DNA of 35,125 nucleotides, taken from Catajapyx aquilonaris (lineage: Eukaryota). The notes below the pieces were generated by a model. The model was not told the DNA's origin. It saw nothing but the letters and a program-made list of their open reading frames with translations, and did no database searches. The number at the start of each line of letters is the position of its first letter. Position 1 is the stretch's first letter. Made by a program: the position numbers and the translations under genes. The DNA is taken from NCBI GenBank assembly GCA_000934665.2, contig KZ539047.1, positions 1 through 35,125 on the forward strand. Direction: 5' to 3'. Positions 26,601-35,125 of the stretch are shown in pieces.

Positions 26601-27622
26601 AAATACACACACACAAAAATGTAACAATACCTTTAACCACGAAGTGCTCTCCGCAGTAGGTCTTATCAGCATATGTTGCTTAGTGCCTATTGGTAAGGTT
26701 CAATTATACCTCCCCACTGAGGCTTACGTCATTCACACCTTCAGGATGTTGCCACCAGTAGCTTTTCTCTACTCGGTACTCGAGAATGATTGGATGTGAG
26801 TAAAAAAAACACTAGTATATACTCGACAGGGATTTCCCTACTGAATGTCCAATGCCCAAGGACAATAGTTTAGCTGTTTGATTACTAACGGAAGCAGGGA
26901 CCGATATCATTTACATAATTTGTTGTATCGCCGACGGACCCGGAACATAACCTACTTATAGTACAGTTAAGTCTTGTTTACATAGCACGACAAAAAATAT
27001 CGCCCCGGAAGGCATATTCTACTTTGTGACTCATTATCTGAAAGTTACAGGACAGCGGTCTGTGAACGGAATGAGCAAAAAACAAATTGGCAACTAAGCT
27101 GACTAGTAAGTGATAGGATATCACTTGGCACCCCGCTCAAATGTTTGCAATACAAGGCGGCGAATCTGACTAACATTGCTACATAACTGACAACCTGTGT
27201 GTTGCAAGCTGTACATAACTCATTGCTGGCCAAATTCCTGTATCCGGACTAGGACAAAAAAAGAGGGCATATCTGATTTCCCATTTTAACGACTAGAGAT
27301 AGTTGTTCCAAGAGACAATAATAATCCTCCATCTATTTTCAGAATCGCTTTGCTTCTGTTGTGAAACTCCTCTCAAAAACATGTGACCGCAATCAAGATG
27401 CCATAATCAATTTGACATACAAAACCCGTAAAATCTGGCATATTGACTCAACTTGAGCTCGGAAGCTGCTGACAAATCGATTTAGGTCGTGGCCCCAAAT
27501 ACGGTAACTCACGTGCGTTTTTTTTTTTCTACCCTCCATATAGGTACTGTGGTTTTCCCCATAAGGAAGCAGGAAAAAATAAATCGCGATATGATAAAAC
27601 ATATATTGAAATTGTGACTTAC

Positions 27623-27703
27623 CGGGTCGCCACCAGGCACATCTGGACAGAGATACATTTTGGACGGGAACGAAGCAGGTGCAGACGCCTGGCGCCTCAT
27701 CAT
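27623..27703 (-). CDS. Putative upstream coding exon of the carbonic anhydrase (MMRRQASAPASFPSKMYLCPDVPGGDP), splicing into 23691
   Basis: Consensus donor CCG|GTAAGT after 27623 in phase 0. A strong acceptor (cccttgtccacttctctttcag|) opens at 23691, 19 stop-free codons upstream of and in frame with MWGY. Confidence 0.5.
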
Positions 27704-28487
27704 CGCTGGGCTTCTCTCGCGCCTCTGGGATGCTGCTGCATCTGGACCGTTTTCGCTCTGAATGAATCCCTCCCAGCCAGTGACGTCACTGGTTGCTGCG
27801 CCAACTCCGGGGAGGTAAAAAGCCTGGCGGATTTTGCGAATATTGGATCTGTCTACTTGCACACCTATTATGGGGCAGTCACGCTTCCATACGATGGAGG
27901 TTATGCATAATCAGGAGGCTGTAGCTCTGTGATGGAATCGGAATGTAGGGCTGGTGTATGGATCTGCAGGGAGTGAGGGATGCGCTATAGGTGGCACACC
28001 GGTACCGTCATAATTTCTCTACTTGCACCCACGATGAAATTGTCAGTACTTGTAACTATTGCATATGGCAACAACCGATTTTTATCTTCAAACAACTTCT
28101 GACTATATTGGAGCTGGCCATAAAAAATTTAACAATTCCCCATAATTTAAAAAAATGGGTAGTGCTGTTAACCTCGCTAGATTAAATTTCATAAAGCAAC
28201 TTTACTCCACCTCATGATTGGAATCACTGATCTCATGATTACTAGTTGATTTCTTTCCTTCCCACTTATATAAACTGGTGTATGTATAGGGCTAGGCATG
28301 TGTGTCAGAAGATCAGGGGGCTCCTGTACAGCCTGGTCGCATTGATGACCAGTCCCGGAGTAGCCCAACAGAATCAACAAGTGTGTATACCTTAACAGTT
28401 TAGTATTAACCTGCAAGAAAAAGATACCTCATTGCAAACTGTCACCTGTAAGGAATAAATTACATGTTTAAAAACATAGAAGTGCAG

Positions 28488-28493
28488 TTTATT
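28488..28493 (-). terminator. Probable imd polyadenylation signal
   Basis: AATAAA on the - strand about 340 nt after the stop. Confidence 0.5.
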
Positions 28494-28832
28494 TCATGTC
28501 ACTCTACATTTTCATATAATATGTAGTCCTTTCACACCATAAAGATATATTTAAAATATATTCTCAGATAATACAGACTCATGATAATAATACAATAATG
28601 TGATGTGCAGTCAGTCATAGAAATAGTTACCCTTTTCAGCTGCAGTAGCACCAAATATATTCCTGGAACCTTGGTGTGGAATATTTTCTTTTCGATCAAT
28701 GTGGTTTGTACGTGGTCGTAGCTAAACATATGTGCAATCAGGTTATGTTGAATTTTGTGGATATTTTGTAAAAAAATTATGGGCAGATTGAAGGTTCCTG
28801 CTTTTGGAGTGTTATCATATTTATAGCTGCCT

Positions 28833-31800
28833 TCAATCAGTGTCAACTCCTGCCAGATGTTTCAGCACATCATATTCTTCACAAACATACAAAGCTTTAG
28901 CCAATTTTCCCACAGCATGGTGTGCACGTTCTCTGGTCCAAGTCAGGCACATCTGATAAATTATCTAGAAATGAATCAAAGTGGCAAAATATCATGTAGT
29001 CTCAGGGTAACGTACTGAATAAGTTACACAAAGAGTTACACTCACCTCTTCTAAACCCTCAACATGAAAACGATATTCAATTTTGTCCAACTCTCCTGGG
29101 GTGAAACCCAAAGCACGACCAACTTTCTCCCAGTTTTTGCCCAGATATTTGGACACAATCAGCATGTGATTCTCCGATACTGGGCATGCGCTATTAAGCA
29201 ATGCTGAAACATCGATATCAGTGAATCATATATTTTCGACATTAAAAGTATCATGGCATGTGAAATGCAATTAATGTACAGTACCTTCCTGAGAATCAGT
29301 AAATGGTGGTGGCTTCTTTTTTCTCTCTCTCGTTGGGCATGAACTCTTGGGGTCAGGGGATGTCAGGGTGATGTTATTGACATTCCCAATATGCACATTC
29401 TCACTGTTGTTAATATAAATAACTGCTAATAAGACATGAAAAAAATCTTAATTAGTGTTTCAAGTTCTGCCATAACTGTCCAAAAAGGCCATATATTATA
29501 TTTATATGTGGATCTTATGAACTAAAATTAAGCAAGGCATATTCACATAGCATAAATATTGTCAAAGCAAGGCACCAAAAATTTCTAAGTGTATTCTTGA
29601 TGGGAACTGAAGTATGCGTGCACCTAACAATAATTGTCACTACAAACTACACTTGTGCCATGCTGGCATGCATGTTTTACAGGGTTGGGCAAAATCCTTA
29701 ACAGTATTTGAATCACGTGGTACGGTGGTGCTATTTGCGCATGAGCTGTATATTGGCATGTGCTAGAGTGGGGAAGGTATGCCATTTGTAAAAATTGCGG
29801 TGTGGTCAGCAAAACACCATGCACTCATCATGGAGGATTATTTTTAAAATAATGAGTCCCCTGTAGCTGTACGAAGGATATTTCTTCGCCTTTTTGGGCA
29901 GGGAGGTCAGGACAATGCCCCCGACTACCGGACGTTCATAAGGTGGGTGAAGCAGTTCTGGGACACAGCTTCCAGCCGGGACCAGAAAGCACTGGCCGTC
30001 AAAGAACACAAAGGACCCCTCAACGGGTAAAAGAGGTAGGCAAATGCGCTACTCCGAAGTCCTCAGTGATCATTTGAAGCTCCGTTGAGGGGTCCTCTGT
30101 GTCCTTTTACATCCAGTGCTGTCTGATCCCGGCTTGAAGCTGTGTCCCAGAACTGCTTCACCCACTTTATGAACGTCCGGTGGTCGGTGACTTTGTCCTG
30201 AGGTTCCAGCCCAAAAAGGCAAAGAAAGATACTTTGTACGTACAGGTACGGGGGACTCATTATTTTTAAAATAATCCTCCACAATGAATGCATGGTGTTC
30301 TGCTGACCACGACGCAATTTTTGCAAATGGCATACCTTCCCCACTCCAGCACATGCCAATCTCCCGCTCATGTGCAAATAGCACCACCGTACCACACGAT
30401 TCAAATACTGTTATTCATTTTGGCCAACCCTGTATTACTGTTTAAAACATTTTCAAAATATTTTTACTGATAATGTTGGGGGCAATATTACATTACATCA
30501 AGGCTGTTCACATGGCACATTTGCGATTAGATCACATTTTAAGTTTCAAGTTTATTATTGTTATGCAACAATTAGTAACAATGAAACATGTTTCATGAAT
30601 AACGAAACATAATCTAATATTTTTGATAATCCCTCATGAAACCATCCCTAGGCAGCTTAGTGCAAAAGAAACTATAATTTGAAACAGACATTTCAATTGG
30701 CATATGCACCTGGATAACCACTAATGGAGTGGTAGGAAGAACAGATTTTTATCCACACTAGTGTACACCACTGAGGTGTGGTCAAAGAGAAAGTTAAAAG
30801 AATCTGCGTCATTACTAGATAGTCGCTGTAAAAATCTGGCATGATCAAGTATGTCAATATGCAATCAGGCATTAGAAGAAATAGGGTTACGAAATAATCA
30901 CTAAATCAATTTGTATATAATGCAAAGGACCCTGCAAGACAGCTTTCATACACTTATCTGTAGAATATTGCTTGAGGAAAAATTGTTTTTGCTGAAGATT
31001 TTCCCTGACAATCTGTGTGTGTTTAAGCTTTGATTTAATGCTCATTCAAGACAGGCTTCAGGCAAATGTCCAAAAGGTGGAAAACAGGGGGAAAAAAGTG
31101 GCTGAGGCAACATCCACCATCTGCCAGCTGAGATCAATATGAACACTAAAAATAATAAGTAGAACATATCCGAGTCCAAATGTCTTTCTCTCCATCAATT
31201 AGGTTCACTTCTAATTCAATTAACTGTTAGGCAAATGTATGAAAGCATCATAGTTCAAATGAATTACTCCCTGGACATAATTTTTTTTTTGTGAATGGTA
31301 GTAAGTAAAGTCATCACTTACTTTCCTGTTGGAAAAGAAACCACTAATGTTTTCATAAGAATAATTATTGTCATCAATATTTTGATAAAACTCAGAATGT
31401 AATTGCTTCTAATAATGACCGTTTTTGCAATAAATACACTGGAAAGATGCCACAGCCTGTAAACATTCAAACTTGTAGATAAACATTATCTAAGCTGCAC
31501 AGCCACTGTCAGTAAAAATAGTCTGACATAATGCCACCACCCATAAAAATTACATCAGGGGGAATTTTTGTCCTAATGTACGACTCTGACGGCAGCCTGC
31601 TTCTGCGAGTGAGGATTGCCCTATAAGCTTTTTCATGTGTTAACATGGTTATTAGTTGCGGACACTTTGACAAAAAACCAATCCTAAATCTCCAATTCCG
31701 ATAAAACACCCACAACCATAACAACCTACGTGAAGGAGCAGAATCTTTCTTTGGTTTTGCCTGTTGCTTCATCTTGGCTTTCCTGGGTGCAGTTTTGGGT

Positions 31801-31940
31801 TTTGGTTCTTGAACATCTGCCTCCTCTTCCTTGGTTTCATTATTAGTCTCTGGCAAGTTCCCAGACCTGCTGTCGGGAGCACGAACATCCGCAACAGGGG
31901 CAGCATCTACCACCACATCTTGTACTGCTTCCTCGCTCAT
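28833..31940 (-). CDS. imd: Immune deficiency (IMD) death-domain adaptor. Exons 31940-31730, 29422 (or 29425)-29285, 29203-29046, 28964-28833; about 212 aa.
   Basis: N-terminal VVVD|AAPV resembles the caspase site plus IAP-binding motif of Drosophila IMD (LEKD|AAPV). RHIM-like IYINNSENVHIGNVNNITL follows. C-terminal death domain: HMLIVSKYLGKNWEKVGRALGF...EEIIYQMCLTW...VGKLAKALY. Phases are consistent; an extra small exon in intron 1 cannot be excluded. Confidence 0.88.
29680..30432. mobile_element. Tc1/mariner-derived foldback element (two inverted left ends) in imd intron 1
   Basis: TA|CAGGGTTGG ... CCAACCCTG|TA. Arms 29680-30026 and 30082-30432 are inverted copies around a 55-bp spacer. 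Each encodes a decayed transposase N-terminal HTH (WSAEHHAFIVEDYFKNNESPV...TFIRWVKQFWDTAS; DUF4817-like by recall). Confidence 0.88.
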
Positions 31941-32376
31941 GTAGGACTCTGTCCAACGCGCTAATCAGAGTAACTGGAAGAAAAATGTGCCATGTACACC
32001 AAACTGTCTACACTCCTGACAAAGGTAGGCAAAAACAGCAGGTGGAAGCCGCATCCACTTAAAATAGACCTTGTAACAAGATGATCTGAATTGTTGCCAG
32101 ACATACAAGTGACAGCACAAACCGCTTTATAATGTTACTAGCTGTCTTTGGCCAGATTTGAAGTGTAACTTTGACCATTCTGACCGTTCGTTACACTTCT
32201 GTCGTACAATACATCTACTTTTAATTATGTTTCATTGATTGCCATGGTCAGTTGCAGCAATTGGACTGCATTTTTTCTTACACTGATAATAACAATCCAG
32301 AACCACTGATAATAATCCCAGTTGATTCACAAGCCTTCACGTTTCCCCCTTGATTTGGCAATCACCAAATACGTAC

Positions 32377-32750
32377 CCTTAACGAGTGACCCTTCCAATC
32401 GCTCAGTGTGACCCCCTGACCCCTGCTGCCAGTCACCAAAAGAGGTGGCAAAATTATTAAGCCAAAACCGTGCAACAGGTCAGAATAGAAGATTCGCTTG
32501 CGTGTTGCGTGCGTCCCACTTCAGGGGAAAAAAAAAAAAAAAAAAAAAAAAACGGACGCGGTCCCAATCATTCTCACCAGGGCGGCGCCAGTTCACAGGG
32601 AGGCGACCTCCAGCGATACAAATCGGAACTACTGGAGGAGGGGCAGTTATCGAGCGGGAATAAAAAACGAATTGATGGCGATCAATAGGATTAATCAGAA
32701 TGTCTAATGATGCGATGATCGATTATCCGGTGGCCCGGAATGACCTCCTG
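32377..32750 (-). promoter_or_regulatory. Likely imd promoter and non-coding first exon
   Basis: Local CpG-rich patch. Donor-like AAGG|GTACGT after 32377 and acceptor ttttttcttccag near 31975, just upstream of the ATG. Long A tract at about 32528-32552. Confidence 0.45.
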
Positions 32751-32860
32751 GCATTTCCTCTTGTAGGTAATAAACATATGGCAGTTGTTTAAAAATGTGT
32801 TACAAGTTTTGGGCTAATTAGGGAGGACTTTAATTATTTCATGATCAATTGTAATGTCAT

Positions 32861-32866
32861 TTTATT
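32861..32866 (-). terminator. Probable HPF1 polyadenylation signal
   Basis: AATAAA on the - strand about 210 nt after the stop. Confidence 0.55.
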
Positions 32867-33078
32867 GCAGTCTTACTGACATTTGAAGGCTTCATTGCCA
32901 AAAAATAAATGAGTACTGGTATGTAGGCAAAGGACATGAATGAGCATCATCAGCAAGGCATCTAATGCTGAAAGTTACAACTTAACAAAAAAGCACAACT
33001 GGTATAGCTCTGGAGCACTTGCTCCAAAAAGATCCAGCACATTACAATGTCATGTTTCAGCCAATGATATCCTTGAAC

Positions 33079-35056
33079 TCAAACCATGCTAATGCCGACT
33101 CCTTTCTTTCGATCTGCCAAATGAGCCTGCAATAAACATTTATTAATGTTATTATGTCACTTAACAGAACAAGTGAAAAACTTACCTGTAATACTTGCGT
33201 AAATTCATTTCTTTGCAACAGTTGGTAAGCAACATTTAGAATCAGCTTCAGTGGTTTGTGGAACTCTTCTCCTCCGAACGCAAGCAGAGCCAAGCCCAAC
33301 TCCAATCCTGTCCCAGGGTCGCCTTCATCATTTGCAATGTGAACGGCAGTTATCATCTCCTGCAGATCTTCTCTTGGCTTCTTTTTCAGTTCCTCTCGTC
33401 TCTTTGGGTCACTTATTTTGTGCAAAAGGTCCTTCAGAGAATCTGAAATAATATTTTAACAGTTATGAACAGTCACATTTTTGCTTCCAGTCTATTATTA
33501 TTTATGCGTTGTCGCTCCCTGATGTAATCTAAAGGCTTTTTCACAAATTCAGCAGCAGTGCTATGCTGTGCTTTGACAATGAGTGTCAAGATTTTTACTG
33601 ATACCGGTACCGGTATGGCTGTGAGCTAAATTTTGAAAGGCTACATAGGCCTACATATGTGCGTTAATAATAATTCCTCACCATAATCTAAGAACAGTTC
33701 CCTGTATCCAAGCTGCGTCTTTTTGTTGTATGGAACAACAATTCCACAGCCATGAAATCCAGGGGTTACCACTCTTTTACCCCTGGCCTTCATCCTTTCG
33801 CTCTTTGCTTCCAAGGAGAATTTTTTTCCTTTACTCCAGTTTTCGAGTTCTTGAAGGAGACGCTGCAGAGGTGTCTTTGCGAATGGGTCTGCGGTTTTTA
33901 TCATTGAACGAAGGTGCAAGCTGTAGGTAGAAAACATACTGGGTTATTTACAACTTGAACAACCCAACAAGGAGGTGCTGCAGTTACATCACTATTGGCA
34001 AATTTGTGAAAGTATCCCTGCTAAGATTGTTTTTTTTTCCCCGTCTCGAAAGGCCCACAATTTGAATTGTAAGCTGTTCCTAATCATGTGTGAAAAACTG
34101 AAACTCAGTTTGCCCTGTCTACTCTGCTACTGCAGAAATCAGCATAAGAAACTCATAATTTTGCAATGTTAAGAACAACTTCCACTAAAAACTGTGTCAG
34201 TTGAAGTGATACTGGAAGGGATCCTTGCACCTCACAACTGACCTGACAGCAGCAAAAAGGTTGTCTCCTTGAGGCACAATCTTGCATCCTTCCTTTGCCC
34301 TATTTACTCCAACGAAGACAGGAGGTTCATCAGGTTCATCTCTGAAGTATCCAAAGTGGAGTTCAGACTTGTCATCTCCTTTGATTACAGTCTGAAACTC
34401 AGGTGGATCGTAATAATAGCGCCAATGTCGAAGGTACGCTGATTGAAGCCTTGGTTTAAAACCCTTCAGCTTTCCTGACAGAACATCAAATGGCCCAACT
34501 AATTTCAGCCCAGCTGTCTTGAACAGTGCATCTTCTGGCTTGTCCCGATTGAGGGACTTGCATAAGTCCCAGAAGCTGTAAAAGTCTGATGGCATTTCAA
34601 ACAGAAACTTCTGCTTGACACTTTCCCGGATGTTGACAGGCGAGGGAGGCAACTCTTCCTCCTCAGACTCAGCCGACGAATCACTATCATCTGAACTGAA
34701 AATTGCGCAAATTAAAGCTTTATATATGAGTCTCAAATTTATAACCTGTTACAGCATTACCTGCTACTTTTGCTTTCTTCCTTGTCTTTGCTTTCTTCAC
34801 CTGTTGATCCTGCAGTGCCTTCTTCTACTTCTTTGGCAGCCAACATCATTTCTTCATCATCCACATCCATCTTCGCCCTCTTGGCTTCCGGTTCCTTGTC
34901 ACCAGGGCTTTCACCTGGATGTCTAAACTCTTTCAAATGCTCCGGATTCTTCCTGTAGCACCCTGCGCCATACTTGCACATGGGCCGCTTATCCCCTTTA
35001 GGCTCTTGTCCACCATCAACATTCTTGACCTGTTTACGTTCTTGCCCAAAATCCAT
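33079..35056 (-). CDS. HPF1: Histone PARylation factor 1 with N-terminal PBZ zinc finger. Exons 35056-34761, 34695-34243, 33920-33682, 33442-33186, 33126-33079; 430 aa.
   Basis: PBZ CKYGAGCYRKNPEHLKEFRHP; MPSDFYSFW, GLKLVGPFDVL, LRHWRYYYDPPEFQT, HFGYFRDEP, FHGCGIVVP, GYREL, ANDEGDPGTGLELG. The start codon is near the window edge and slightly uncertain. Confidence 0.94.
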
Positions 35057-35125
35057 GTTTCTTGACCTCCTGTCTACCCACCTATTGTGCCTGGTGAAAT
35101 GGCAGTGCTTCGTCTACACTTGTAA

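Noticed and set aside
26305..26799. 164-aa ORF on the + strand
   Set aside because: No recognisable homology, unremarkable composition and no supporting splice structure.
28189..28416. Acceptor-like site and 75-aa ORF downstream of imd
   Set aside because: It lies beyond the probable imd poly(A) signal, and I found no matching donor or recognisable peptide.
30954..31012. Possible extra imd exon after acacacag
   Set aside because: It reaches a stop codon in the required phase with no good donor before it.
1..35125. CRISPR arrays, operons, tRNA or rRNA genes
   Set aside because: The DNA is eukaryotic and spliced; I saw no repeat-spacer periodicity or RNA-gene signature. Intronic snoRNAs cannot be excluded without an Infernal/Rfam search.

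Overview
This is eukaryotic, intron-containing DNA from a gene-dense region, most likely a non-dipteran arthropod because it carries an imd orthologue. I reconstructed five multi-exon genes by hand from GT-AG boundaries and reading phase: PABPN1 (-), head-to-head with the exosome subunit EXOSC7/Rrp42 (+); a cytosolic alpha-carbonic anhydrase (-); imd (-); and HPF1 with a PBZ finger (-). Introns and flanks hold several non-autonomous DNA transposons with visible TIRs and TSDs: piggyBac-like, pogo/Tigger-like, PIF/Harbinger-like, a Tc1/mariner foldback made of two left ends, and two copies of a ~140-bp hairpin MITE. The points most worth follow-up are a His/Gln-rich read-through tail on PABPN1, an in-frame upstream exon giving the carbonic anhydrase an N-terminal extension, a cluster of kappaB-like sites between imd and the carbonic anhydrase, and a sharp CpG-depletion mosaic. 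I found no convincing wholly new system. Gene identities rest on recalled motifs, not on database searches.
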